From Candidatus Latescibacterota bacterium (GTDB lineage: Bacteria; Latescibacterota; UBA2968; UBA8231): DNA of 64,000 nucleotides. The stretch covers positions 2,720,001 through 2,784,000 of the forward strand of contig OZ242214.1 of the NCBI GenBank assembly GCA_965206595.1, read 5' to 3'. The notes under the pieces are model-generated. The model saw only the letters and a program-made list of their open reading frames with translations, was not told where the DNA came from and searched no databases. The stretch's first letter is position 1. Each line of letters begins with the position of its first letter. Shown in pieces: positions 9,066 through 19,273 of this stretch. Both the position numbers and the translations under genes were made by a program.

Positions 9066-12000
9066 TCAACCCGCGGCCGCCTGCTCGTAAGCGAGGCCGA
9101 ACACCGTATCCGCCATCCAGCGCTTGAATCCGGGGTCGTCCATGAATCTCTTGAATAGCTGGGCGTCGTCCTTCATCACGGAATTCATAACCCGGACCAG
9201 CACCTTGTCGCCCTCGATACGAGTGTTCTCGCGATCGGAGTTCTGCCGGGCATTGCGGAAGGCGGTGTCCGCGGCCACCCGGGTGGGAATGGTCTCGGTG
9301 ATGAGCTGTCCTACCCGGTCGGCGTCGTCCCAGTCGGTCGCCCAGTGCTCGTTGAAGGCTCTGAGAATGTTCGACAGCCGGTCCAGCTCCGGCTCGGTTT
9401 TGCTGCCTCCGCCGGCGGTCGGCACCGGGTCGACCTCACCGTCCTCGTCCGGCAGCAGGATCTTCTGCATCGCCTGCTTCTCGACCCGGTAACTGTCGAG
9501 GTCGATGGCGTCGAGGATGCCCTTCGACAGGTCCTCTTCCTCGGGGGCCGGCAGCTTCGGGATCAGGAGGTTCAGGAAGATCGAGCGCTTCTCCCACCCG
9601 GGGTCGTTGTAGGGAAGCACGGACGACAGAAAGGCGTAGGTGCGCGTGAACCCCTTGGCGTTCCCCTTGAACCGCACCTGTCCGTCCTCGTCCAGGTCGC
9701 TCCTGTAGACGGCCACGCAGGCGTCGAGGACCGGGTCGAGCTGGTCGCGCTCGGCCCCTCCGAGGTAGCGCCGCACCAAATCGTCGACCTGCTCCTCGGA
9801 ATAGACCTGGGCGCCGTCGAGGTCCGCCTGCAGGTCGTGCAGCTTGTCGGGGTCGGTCTCGTCGGCCAGGATGGTGGCGCGGTAGTAGTCGGCGAACGCC
9901 TCACTCATGGTGTCGGCGTCGTTGAAGAAATCGAGCACGAACACGTCGTGCTTCCTGGGGTGCGCCCGGTTGAGGCGGGACAGGGTCTGCACCGCCTTGA
10001 TGCCGGACAGGGTCTTGTCGACGTACATCGTGTGCAGCAGCGGCTCGTCGTACCCGGTCTGGAACTTGTCGGCGCAGACCAGGAAGCGGTAGGGATCCTC
10101 CTGGAACTGCGCGGCGATTCTCCCGGACGGAAAGCCGTTGAGCGACGCCTCGCTGACCTTCTCCCCGCCGAACTCGTGCTCACCGGAGAAGGCGACGAGG
10201 GCCCGGTAGCGGCTCTTGCGCTCCTGCAGGTAGTCGCGGATCGCGTGGTAGTACTGGATCGCCCGCTCGATGCCGTTGGTGACCACCATCGCCCGCGCGG
10301 CGCCGCCGATCTTGTTCTGCGCCAGCACCTGGTCGTGGAAGTGGTCGACCATGATCTCGGCCTTGAGCCCGATCGCGTGGTCGCTCCCCTCGACGAAGCG
10401 GCGCAGCTTCTTCTGCGCCTTCCTGACGTCGAACTCCGGGTCCTCTTCCACGGTCTTGGCGAGCTTGTAGTAGCTGTTCACCGGCAGGTAGTGGGAGAGC
10501 ACGTCGAGGATGAACCCCTCCTGGATCGCCTGCTTCATGGTGTAGCTGTGGAAGGCGTGGTGCCTGATTGTGCCGTCGGCCTGCGGGTCCTGGGCGCCGA
10601 AGATCTCCAGGGTCTTGTTCTTGGGCGTGGCGGTGAAGGCGAAGTAGCTGGCGTTGGGCAGCAGCTTGCGCGACTCCATCAGGCGGTTGATGCGGTCCTC
10701 GAAGGTTTCCCCCTCCTCCTCTTCCCCTGCCTCGGAGAGCGCCCGCGCCATGGCCGCGCTGGTTTGGCCGCCCTGGCTGGAGTGGGCCTCGTCGATGATG
10801 ATGGCGAAGCTGCGCCCGCGCTGCTCGTTGCCGATCTCGTCGAGGATGAACGGGAACTTCTGGATCGTCGAGATGATGATCTTCTTGCCGCTCTCGATGA
10901 AGCGGCGCAGGTCGCCGGAGCGGTCGGCGTGCCCCACCGTCGCCGACACCTGGGAATACTGCCTGATCGTGTCGCTGATCTGCCGGTCGAGAAGCACCCG
11001 GTCGGTGACGACGATGATCGAGTCGAAGACCGGGGCGCCGTCCTTCGCCAGTCCGATCAGCTGGTGGGCAAGCCAGGCAATGGAGTTGCTCTTGCCGCTG
11101 CCGGCCGAGTGCTGGATCAGGTAACGACCGCCCGCGCCGCGGTCCCCTGCGTCGGCCAGCAGGCGGCGCACCACGTCGAGCTGATGGTAGCGCGGCCAGA
11201 CCTGGGTCCGCTTCCTCCTGCCCGTCTTCTCGTCCTTCGACTCCACCACCTGGGCGTAGTTCTCCAGGATGTTGGTCAGGCTCTCCCGGCTCAGCACCTC
11301 CCGCCACAGGTAGCCGGCCTTGATGCCGCTGGCGTTGGGCGGGTTGCCGGCGCCGTCGTTCCAGCCGCGGTTGAAGGGCAGGAACCAGGAGGCCTTGCCG
11401 CTGAGGTGGGTGCAGAACTGGACCTCGCTCTCGTCCACCGCGAAGTGGGCGACGCAGCGGCCCAGCTCGAACAGCTTCTCGCGCGGGTTGCGGTCGCGCT
11501 GATACTGCTGGACGGCGTCGTCGACCGTCTGCTTGGTGAGGCTGTTCTTCAGCTCGAAGGTGAAGACCGGCAGGCCGTTGACGAACAGCCCGATGTCGAG
11601 CGCCCGCTGGGTTTCGTCGCGGCTGTAGCGAAGCTGGCGGGTGACGGTGAAGCGGTTCTGCCGGAAGCGCTCCTGCGCCTCCGGGTTGTCGGCCGAGGGA
11701 GTGCCGTAGAACAGGTCGAGGTCGTGGGCCCCGTGCCGGATGCCGTGGCGCAGCACGTCGATGGTGCCGCGCTTGCTGATCTCACCCTGGAGCCGGGCCA
11801 GGAACCGGCGGCGAGTGGGGTTGGCCTCGGACAAGCCGAGTGACTCCGATGCCTCGGGCTGGGTGGCGCGCAGGAAGGCGGAAAGCTGAGCCAGGTCGAC
11901 GCAGTACTCGCGGTCGTAGTCGTGGAAGTTGCCGCCGGCCCAACCGACTCCGCCGTAGCTGGCAGGGGGCTCGCCCGCGGTGGGACCCGGGGGCGGGTCG

Positions 12001-12077
12001 CAGGGATGGCCGGCCAGCGCGCTGCAGATGAGGCGTTCGAGGCCGCGTTCGGAGGTGTCGGTGGTCCTAACGGTCAT
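9066..12077 (-). CDS. hsdR: Type I restriction endonuclease subunit R
   Basis: LFVNGLPVFTFELKN nuclease motif, QHSAGSGKS, IIIDEAHSSQ, FAFTATP, KFQTGYDEP, QTLSRLNR; GGAGGAGG RBS before ATG at 12077. Confidence 0.97.
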   Translation of the reverse strand: MTVRTTDTSERGLERLICSALAGHPCDPPPGPTAGEPPASYGGVGWAGGNFHDYDREYCVDLAQLSAFLRATQPEASESLGLSEANPTRRRFLARLQGEISKRGTIDVLRHGIRHGAHDLDLFYGTPSADNPEAQERFRQNRFTVTRQLRYSRDETQRALDIGLFVNGLPVFTFELKNSLTKQTVDDAVQQYQRDRNPREKLFELGRCVAHFAVDESEVQFCTHLSGKASWFLPFNRGWNDGAGNPPNASGIKAGYLWREVLSRESLTNILENYAQVVESKDEKTGRRKRTQVWPRYHQLDVVRRLLADAGDRGAGGRYLIQHSAGSGKSNSIAWLAHQLIGLAKDGAPVFDSIIVVTDRVLLDRQISDTIRQYSQVSATVGHADRSGDLRRFIESGKKIIISTIQKFPFILDEIGNEQRGRSFAIIIDEAHSSQGGQTSAAMARALSEAGEEEEGETFEDRINRLMESRKLLPNASYFAFTATPKNKTLEIFGAQDPQADGTIRHHAFHSYTMKQAIQEGFILDVLSHYLPVNSYYKLAKTVEEDPEFDVRKAQKKLRRFVEGSDHAIGLKAEIMVDHFHDQVLAQNKIGGAARAMVVTNGIERAIQYYHAIRDYLQERKSRYRALVAFSGEHEFGGEKVSEASLNGFPSGRIAAQFQEDPYRFLVCADKFQTGYDEPLLHTMYVDKTLSGIKAVQTLSRLNRAHPRKHDVFVLDFFNDADTMSEAFADYYRATILADETDPDKLHDLQADLDGAQVYSEEQVDDLVRRYLGGAERDQLDPVLDACVAVYRSDLDEDGQVRFKGNAKGFTRTYAFLSSVLPYNDPGWEKRSIFLNLLIPKLPAPEEEDLSKGILDAIDLDSYRVEKQAMQKILLPDEDGEVDPVPTAGGGSKTEPELDRLSNILRAFNEHWATDWDDADRVGQLITETIPTRVAADTAFRNARQNSDRENTRIEGDKVLVRVMNSVMKDDAQLFKRFMDDPGFKRWMADTVFGLAYEQAAAG

Positions 12078-12168
12078 ACCTGCCTCCTCCGACCAGACCA
12101 TTCAATCACGTGTAAGTCCGTCGTAGTCCTGCCGGTTGGACCAGTCCCTTTTAGAGTGCTGGGACTTT

Positions 12169-13257
12169 CTACATTGCAAAGCAGAAGTCGTGCTCCTGGA
12201 ACTGTGACACCTTCGCGCCGTGAAACGAGTTCGCCTGCGTTTTGTCGACTTCGGAAGTGACCCCATCGTCGACAAGCTGTACCTCGCGGCCAAGACCTCC
12301 CGTCAAGGAACGCAGCAATCCCTCTCTCAACTCGGGTTTATTCAATCGGCGCCCTCCGATCCGAATGACCATCCTCGCCCGTCCTGCCAATAGAGGTCCC
12401 AGTCCCGCCATAGACGCCTGGATGAATGTCCAGTAGTTGTCCTTGTTGCGGTGTCGATCGTCTCCCCGCCCGCGCAGCACCAACGGCTCCCCGTCGAGAA
12501 ACCACAGCCGCAGCCACTGATCCTCGCGGTAGTTGGTGGTGTCGAGGTACGGCGGCGATGTAATCACGTCGGTAACTCGACCTGTAAGGTCCGGGAACTT
12601 GCAGGCGGCCAGACGAGCGTCGGTCTGAATCACCTTCGCGGATCCCTCCGGGGGAGGGGTCCGGAACCGGTATTCGAGCATCCGTTCGAGGATCTCGAAG
12701 ACATCCCGCGGCGGCGGGGTATTTCCGAATCGCCTCCACCATCGAATCGAATAATCCGGCTTCGTGCTGATAGTGCGGGGCATGCGGTTGCTGAAGTAAT
12801 TGGGGGAGCGGTGGGACTCACCATGCAGCGCACCGAGGCACAGCGCCGCGATGAACCGGTCGTCCTTGCGGTTGCGCCAATCCAGCACCGATCGCAGGTA
12901 ACGCACTTGCAGCAGTGTGTCCCGGTGAAAGCAAAGGTCGAAGAACTCTCCCAAGCTGCCCTGCCACCCCAAGTCATCCGGCTCGTAGCATCCCTGCCTC
13001 AACTCGTTGAGTCGCGTCCTGACTTTCGAGAATCCAGGCGGGTTGCTCTTGGCTCCCGAGACGCAGACCGCCACCGGGTTCAGATCGCAGCCGGCCGCTG
13101 CCCGCCCCTGGAGCAGCGCTTGAAAAACAGTCGTTCCCCGCCCGCAGTACGGATCGAAGACAATCCCGTTGTACCGACTCGCCGCAAGATGCTTCTCGAC
13201 GAACCTCTCCGGGAACATCGCGAAGTAGGGACAGATCGAGTGGAACCGATGTCTCAT
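12169..13257 (-). CDS. Amino (N4-C/N6-A) DNA methyltransferase
   Basis: HSICPYFAMFP, VFDPYCGRGTT (motif I), VITSPPY (motif IV); ATGA-coupled to the upstream gene. Confidence 0.9.
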   Translation of the reverse strand: MRHRFHSICPYFAMFPERFVEKHLAASRYNGIVFDPYCGRGTTVFQALLQGRAAAGCDLNPVAVCVSGAKSNPPGFSKVRTRLNELRQGCYEPDDLGWQGSLGEFFDLCFHRDTLLQVRYLRSVLDWRNRKDDRFIAALCLGALHGESHRSPNYFSNRMPRTISTKPDYSIRWWRRFGNTPPPRDVFEILERMLEYRFRTPPPEGSAKVIQTDARLAACKFPDLTGRVTDVITSPPYLDTTNYREDQWLRLWFLDGEPLVLRGRGDDRHRNKDNYWTFIQASMAGLGPLLAGRARMVIRIGGRRLNKPELREGLLRSLTGGLGREVQLVDDGVTSEVDKTQANSFHGAKVSQFQEHDFCFAM

Positions 13258-14255
13258 GCGGCCGCTGCACTCCCCCGGTTGCGGTAGTCTGTGACCCATT
13301 GCGCGACTTCCTCCAGCTGATCGTACCCCTCAATCCCAACACCGGCCTCCACGAGCCGAGCGGCTTCTGCCACACGACGGGGAACACGAAGCCGGTGCAG
13401 CACGTTCCCCATCACGCGAACGTCGTCGACGAACTGATCGTCGGCCGTGGCGAACGGGACAATCATGTAGGCGATGAAATCGGTCACCGGCGGCGTCCCG
13501 AACCACCGGCCCTTGAACGCGTTCAGATGACCCTTGAGCGACTTTTCCCTCGCATTACGGCCAGTGGCGACCTGGGCGGCGGCGAAAGGAAACCCCGGTA
13601 GCCCATCAGGGTGCGGGCGGGCAGCGAAAACATCGATCTGATCGTCTTTGGGCTGCCGCGGAGCTCCGATCTGCGGCTCGACCCTTCCGTCGCCGAGCTT
13701 TACCCAAATCTGTTTCAGCTTGTTGAGAAAACCCGATCTGTCCGGTCGTGGAAAACCGAACGACCACGCTACGCCCTGAATCTCTGCGGCCAAAGCAGCG
13801 GTCGCGAAATATTGAAAGTACTCCCGCAATTTCCCCACCTCTGCACAATCGGGATGAAGACCCGAACCATCGAGCATCGGCGTGAAGGCCCGCAGGTTCG
13901 AAAGGACAAGGCTCAGGATGTACGCTGCCTGCCCGAACGATTCATCGTCCATCTCGTACCACAACAGGTTTCCGTCAGAATCAAGCCTGAAGGGATAAGC
14001 CGAGTCCAACGCGTCCTGTCGCGTCTCGATCCTGTTCACCGCGCTTGAGACAATCTCTTCCTCTCCCTCCTGCATTTCCCCTTGCAGATCGCCATGATCC
14101 TCCGCCGCCCCGAGTGTCGCAGCGTTGGCGAGTTCAGAAGTCAGGACCGTGGAGTCATCTGCAAAGAATGCGGTTAACTCCAGAAAATCGGCGGCGAGAT
14201 CGACATCGATCGACGGTCCGGAAACCGCGTCTATTGGTAGATAAAGAGGCATCAC
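13254..14255 (-). CDS. Hypothetical protein, putative PD-(D/E)xK-like nuclease
   Basis: KDDQIDVFA...AQVATG resembles a restriction-endonuclease-fold core; coupled on both sides. Confidence 0.5.
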   Translation of the reverse strand: MMPLYLPIDAVSGPSIDVDLAADFLELTAFFADDSTVLTSELANAATLGAAEDHGDLQGEMQEGEEEIVSSAVNRIETRQDALDSAYPFRLDSDGNLLWYEMDDESFGQAAYILSLVLSNLRAFTPMLDGSGLHPDCAEVGKLREYFQYFATAALAAEIQGVAWSFGFPRPDRSGFLNKLKQIWVKLGDGRVEPQIGAPRQPKDDQIDVFAARPHPDGLPGFPFAAAQVATGRNAREKSLKGHLNAFKGRWFGTPPVTDFIAYMIVPFATADDQFVDDVRVMGNVLHRLRVPRRVAEAARLVEAGVGIEGYDQLEEVAQWVTDYRNRGSAAAA

Positions 14256-15385
14256 TCCCCCGCGCTGGCGTCACGGTACTTCCGGGACATGCTATGATAC
14301 AGGCTATCCGCCGTTTCCTTTACATCCTCGGCGATGTCGAGCAGGGACCTGTCCATTCCGTCGTAAGCCCGCAGTGAACCTGTTGCTTCACGGACCGCAT
14401 CCCGCGCACGCAGCAGCGACGCAGTAAACCGTTTGTCCACGGGCTCCGTGCTGGCGTGTGCCTGATCGAGATTACCCCTTTGCTCCAGGACATGTCGCCC
14501 CTCCGCGTGGGCGAGCACCTCCCCCAATCGCTTGATGTCCGGGTTCTGCGTAGTCACCACCGGCCGCGCGTCGTCCGACTTCGATCCATAGATCCAGACG
14601 AGCACCTTTCGAAGCTCATCCAGTTTCTCCCGGGGAACCTGATCCGGCTTCGGGTCGTGTCGCGACCAAGCCGGTTCGAGGCCCAGATACTCCATGTACT
14701 GAGAACGCGAAAGCGCGGTATACAGATGGGAGAAATTGAACTTGCTGGTGTGGCGATCTTCGACCTCGAACAGCCTCTCTTCTTTTGCCTGCTCCAGCAC
14801 GTAGATTGCCGACACCATCCGCTTGATCGTATCGTGCCGGTCGCCGATGGCAGTCGCGATCTGCTCGAGGTCCAACCCTTGAGATCGCCCCGACCGGTAC
14901 CATTCCGCTGCGAAACGTGCCTTGGAGTACGCGTCCCACTTCGCAGGTCCGTTGATGTGTTTATAGCCGATGAAAGCTCGGGCATGCTCCCGGCTTTCGA
15001 CGAGGTAGACCGACACTTGATCCAGGGTACTGCGCACCGCATCGTCGATCTCGGGCACCGCTATACGGGTATCTTCCGAGGACGCGATCCTGCCAACCAA
15101 GGCCGGTTCCACCAAAAGACGAAGCGTGGCGAGCCTCCGGTTTCCCTCAAGGACGATCAGCGTGTCACCTTCAGAGGCGCGCATGACGACGAGCGGCTCG
15201 ATGTCGAGGTACCCGTTGGCGGATATCGACTGAAGAAGCTCGTCGAGCTCCGCTGAGCGGTAGAGCCGCGCAATGATCGACTCGTCGGATGCATCCTCCG
15301 CCTGGCCTAGCAGCCGCGGGTTTCTACGATCCAGTCGAAGCCTCTCTACCGGCACCTTGGTGGTCGTTTCAAGTTCCATTGGCAA
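14252..15385 (-). CDS. ParB/Srx N-terminal domain protein
   Basis: LRLDRRNPR...SISANGY...IVLEGNRRLATLRLL. Confidence 0.8.
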   Translation of the reverse strand: MPMELETTTKVPVERLRLDRRNPRLLGQAEDASDESIIARLYRSAELDELLQSISANGYLDIEPLVVMRASEGDTLIVLEGNRRLATLRLLVEPALVGRIASSEDTRIAVPEIDDAVRSTLDQVSVYLVESREHARAFIGYKHINGPAKWDAYSKARFAAEWYRSGRSQGLDLEQIATAIGDRHDTIKRMVSAIYVLEQAKEERLFEVEDRHTSKFNFSHLYTALSRSQYMEYLGLEPAWSRHDPKPDQVPREKLDELRKVLVWIYGSKSDDARPVVTTQNPDIKRLGEVLAHAEGRHVLEQRGNLDQAHASTEPVDKRFTASLLRARDAVREATGSLRAYDGMDRSLLDIAEDVKETADSLYHSMSRKYRDASAGE

Positions 15386-15661
15386 CCGTCCTTCTCCATT
15401 TTCTGGCTATGACCGACACCAAGTTTCCACCCCACTACCTGACAGAGAGCATTCCCCAGTTCAACCGTCCCAGGGACCGACCATCTTGCACCGATACTGC
15501 GTTGGATGCAGTTCCGGCAAATATGCCCCATAAGCGGGGGGGCCGTATCTCTTCTACAATGACCAGGTACTCAGTCTGTGACATCTCCACCATTCGTGTC
15601 AGTTCTATTTGGCACGCCTGCCCGAGGCCAAGTTCGGAGGTGTCGGTGGGCACTGTGAAGC

Positions 15662-16075
15662 CTACCGCTCGGTGAACGGGTTTATAACCCGGAGGCCATC
15701 GTAGTCCCGTTCCGAATTGAGGTCTTCTGAGTAGACCGCATCGCAGCCCAGGGCGCGCGCCGCCGCAAGAATGGCACCGTCCCAAAAAGACAGCCCGAAG
15801 CGTCGGCTGATGGCGGTGGCGGCACGGAACAGACTGAGGGTGATATCCTGGACCGGAAAGTGACCGATGCCCTGGATGAATTCCAGCGCGTGTTCTTGAG
15901 TGATCGCTCCGAGGCGGGTGGAGCGCGTTGCCTGGTGATAGAACTCCTGGAGCACCTGGACGGACAACGCAAGGTCCTCCGCTTCCAGCAGCCGCTGGGC
16001 CAAACGCTGCTTGTCGGCTTCTTCAGGAGCGGGGCTGGCCGCGTATATCAGGACGTTCGTATCGACAAAGCGCAC
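15662..16075 (-). CDS. PIN-domain (VapC-like) toxin
   Basis: FVDTNVLIYA, QVLQEF, SFWDGAI, YSEDL, INPF. Confidence 0.92.
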   Translation of the reverse strand: MRFVDTNVLIYAASPAPEEADKQRLAQRLLEAEDLALSVQVLQEFYHQATRSTRLGAITQEHALEFIQGIGHFPVQDITLSLFRAATAISRRFGLSFWDGAILAAARALGCDAVYSEDLNSERDYDGLRVINPFTER

Positions 16076-16080
16076 GGCAC

Positions 16081-16419
16081 TTACCCGCGCTGGCGGTCTT
16101 CGTCTTCGGCGGCCGCTGCCTGAGCTTCGGCTCTGGCTCTGGCTCGGTCGTACAGTTCTTCGCGAGGCAGGTTGTCAGCGGCCCTGAATCCGGGGGAAGT
16201 AGTGCGGATTTTCTCAATGACCTCGCGCAACATCCTGCGGCGGCGTTCGACTTCCGTCTCCACCTCCAGCCTCTTGTCCGCTGTTCGGCCGGCACCGTCC
16301 TCAACCAGGCTCTTCAGGTAGTCCCGCACGAGGGCCGATACCGAGGTGTCCAATTCCGCCGCCCGGATGCGGGCGAGCCGGTGGGTCTCTTCGTCGACGG
16401 ATACGGTGATGTTCTTCAT
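16081..16419 (-). CDS. RHH-type antitoxin
   Basis: MKNITVSVDEETHRLARIRAAELDTSVSALVRDYL; directly upstream of the PIN gene. Confidence 0.85.
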   Translation of the reverse strand: MKNITVSVDEETHRLARIRAAELDTSVSALVRDYLKSLVEDGAGRTADKRLEVETEVERRRRMLREVIEKIRTTSPGFRAADNLPREELYDRARARAEAQAAAAEDEDRQRG

Positions 16420-16540
16420 GGTCACAGCCTCACAGTTTCTGTGTAGCACAACGTAGGTGCCCATAAAACGATGGGCAACACCTGCGGCGGCGAGGGTGCC
16501 TTCAGGGCTGGCGCTTTTTGGTGTTACGTTTCCTCCGCGT

Positions 16541-16616
16541 CCGGGTCGCAGGGATGGCTGGCCAGGGCAGGGCAGATGAGGCGTTACAGGCCGCGCTCGG
16601 AGGAATCGGTGGTCAT
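16541..16616 (-). pseudogene. Decayed copy of the hsdR 5' end
   Basis: Reads MTTDSSERGL*RLICPALASHPCDP versus TTDTSERGLERLICSALAGHPCDP of hsdR (11994-12077); ATG overlaps the stop of the upstream gene. Confidence 0.9.
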
Positions 16617-17391
16617 GCCGCTTCGCTCAGGACCGCGGCGAATTCGTCCGGCCTTGACCAGCGCGAAACCATGGACAGAGGCTCGACCAGCCGATAATCC
16701 TCATCCGCCCAGACATCGGCGGTATCGTCAAACAACGAGACGAAGGTCAGGGCTTCCGGTCCCGCAGCGAGATGATTCAGATCGTGCCAGGCTGCCAGCA
16801 CGTGCTCGGAGACCCTGTGGGCTGCAGCGCGATTCCCAGTACTCAGCACCTGCACCAGGGAACTGCGCAGCTTGGTCCGAACGTGAAAATCGACCGTCCA
16901 GCCACGTCCCGACCTGCCGACCAGCTTTTCGCCGCGGTCGAAACCGAATTCACGCTCTTTCAAGAAATCGGCTACCTCGTCCGTAATGGACAAGCCGCCC
17001 GGGGTTCGGAAGGTGACCCATAAGTCGGACAACCCGCAGCGCCGCCTGCGCAACTCGGGTAACGACATGCGCCAACTCGTCACCGGGCCGGCATCGGGCC
17101 TGAAGCATTCCACGGTAGAACTCCGTGCCGTGTGTCAGGCACGCATCTTCGATAAACTGCTTCTGTTTCGGCGATCGGCGAAGCGCCGTCGACTGCATGC
17201 TAAGCCAGCCCGTGGTTTCCGCAAGATCGCTAACCGTCACCACGTCCCCCCGGACCTTGCAGAAAAGATCGATGTTGTCGCCGTCCGGAAAGAGGAATGG
17301 CGTGCGAATTCGCAGATATTCGCCCTGCGGAGCATATGAACGAGGCTCCGACCTTTCGCTGGATATCCTGGCACAAGTGACTGTGATTCAT
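16613..17391 (-). pseudogene. DUF1828/DUF1829-like protein with two frameshifts
   Basis: IRTPFLFPDGDNIDLF...VSDLAET and GRSGRGWTVDF segments lie in different frames. Confidence 0.7.
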
Positions 17392-17993
17392 CACCACAAC
17401 TCCTTCTGTGTCGCAGGCGGTTCTTCCAGTCGCCAAGGGTTTCCATGGTCAGACAGGATCCGCATGGCCTGATTTGGCATCGAGGTCGCATGGCCGATGG
17501 GCAATGCCTGTGGCCGGGGGGCGGCCATCCTGATCTGGCAGGGGCAAGTTTCGAACCTGTCCCTACGGTCGGACCCCGGAGGCGGTTGCACCGATGGCCG
17601 AATAGAGCCGTGAATGGACGCTCCAGCCCGTTCTCGCTGGTGTCGGTGGTCCGCGCTATATGCCTCGTCTCTCATCGGGATGGGAACTTCCCGCACTTCA
17701 CCGGGTTGGATTTCATCCAAAGCAATGCGGATGGCTTCCGTTCTCTGCGAGATGCGCGGCCAAGCGGTTTTCATCAAAACGACCACGGCCACCTGTCTGT
17801 TTGACATGTTCTGTTGATGTTGGATGCCTTGGTCGGTAGTGATCAAAACATCGAAGCCGACTTCTTCAGCACGGTCCAGCAAGTCTCCGTTGGACAAGCC
17901 GTCCCAACCGCGCTCCCTGGCCTCTTCGACGACATGGCCGAAAAGCCGGAGGCGCAACTGCCTGGGTGTCCCGTTATCGAACAGGATGCGCAT
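17391..17993 (-). CDS. DUF5615 PIN-like toxin with a read-through C-terminal extension
   Basis: MRILFDNGTP...NGDLLDRAE...LITTDQGIQHQQN; domain ends near residue 110. Confidence 0.8.
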   Translation of the reverse strand: MRILFDNGTPRQLRLRLFGHVVEEARERGWDGLSNGDLLDRAEEVGFDVLITTDQGIQHQQNMSNRQVAVVVLMKTAWPRISQRTEAIRIALDEIQPGEVREVPIPMRDEAYSADHRHQRERAGASIHGSIRPSVQPPPGSDRRDRFETCPCQIRMAAPRPQALPIGHATSMPNQAMRILSDHGNPWRLEEPPATQKELW

Positions 17994-18216
17994 GAACGAC
18001 CTTTGCCCGGAGCTCCTGCGCCACGTGCTCCAGCACCGCCTTCACCTCCGTTTCATCCACTCCTCCGAACCACTCGATGAAGTCGTGGATGGTCGCACCC
18101 GCAGCAAGGTTCTCGAAAAGGGCATATACCGGCAAACGGGTTCCGGTAAACACCCAATTGCCACTCACCTTGCCGGGTACGCTTTCGACCGCCGGGCACT
18201 TGCTCCAGTCTGTCAT
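17974..18216 (-). CDS. DUF433 antitoxin
   Basis: VESVPGKVSGNWVFTGTRLPVYALFENL. Confidence 0.85.
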   Translation of the reverse strand: MTDWSKCPAVESVPGKVSGNWVFTGTRLPVYALFENLAAGATIHDFIEWFGGVDETEVKAVLEHVAQELRAKVVHAHPVR

Positions 18217-18301
18217 GCTGTCAACTCCTTTTCGATGGTGTATCAATACAATACCCAAGTACCTGGCCGGTCAGAAACTTCCGGTCAAGGTGCATTAGCC
18301 T

Positions 18302-19273
18302 TCAAGCAGCGTAGTCTGCCCAGGTAGCTCTTTCGAACGCCTCCTCTACAGAGAGGAGACACTTTGGGAGTCGCTTTCTGGTGGTAATTCCGAGGAAGAG
18401 AGCTGCACGCGTGATGGCTACGTATAGGAACTTGTCGACTAGGTCGGGACGCTCTGTCTCGATCATGTCGATATCGAGGAGGAAGACACCTTCGAACTCC
18501 AAGCCCTTCAGGTAGTCGACACTGAAGACACGAACACGCTGACCATCTCCGATCTTCCCTTCAGGACACTTCTCGGCTTGGATTCCATGTTCCGACAGAC
18601 GGACAGCAATCAGATCATAGGCTTGGTCGATCTCGCGTTCATTCGGTACGCACACCGCGATGGACGGGAGTGAGTTGTCGACGGCATAGATCTCAAGGAT
18701 CCTCTCGACGATCCAATCACCATGCAGCTCCGAATCGCCCTCGTGTTGTAATAACAATGGAGCAGGCATTATCTCCTTGCTACGATACGCTGATTCTAAA
18801 GCCGGTTGTTCACCGGTCGCAGATCTCGACAGCTCCCTCGCGATCTCCAACAACCGGCTGCTCTGCCGGTAGGCCGTCTTCAGTTCTCTGACAGCCACCT
18901 CTGGAATGATGCCTTCCAGCTGATCCCAAGCCTGTAGACCACGCGGTGCAACGCGTTGCATGAGATCACCCGCCATGGACAGCGCTCCAAGGCCGGGATG
19001 GGTGAGGCCATACATGCAGCCGATTTGGTAGCTTGAGAAATCTGTTACCTCGTCGATGACGATCTGGCCGTACAGATGTTCCTTCATGCGCTCGAGTAGC
19101 CTACTTCCGGTGTTTATCTGGAGGGCCCTCTGCCCCGTTGTCAGAGCGATCCTAGTGTTGTGTCGCATTAATTCGTTCACAAAGTCCCTTGATCTTAGCG
19201 AGGATTGAATCTGCCGTGGCCGTCCATACGAAGGGGTGGGCCTTTTGGTTCCAGTGGTCTGTGAAGTGCTCAA
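18302..19273 (-). pseudogene. C-terminal part of a UvrD/SF1 helicase, 5' part lost at the IS630 junction
   Basis: VIDEVTDF, GDLMQR, YRQS, KGLEFEGV, LYVAITRA; no Walker A. Confidence 0.85.

Noticed and set aside
9345-11843. Long opposite-strand ORFs (also 1299-3158, 52785-53891, 62065-63873)
   Set aside because: Antisense shadows of high-GC genes that have clear motifs on the other strand
15435-15593. Possible HicB-like fragment (YLVIVEE...WG)
   Set aside because: Similarity too short to support a call
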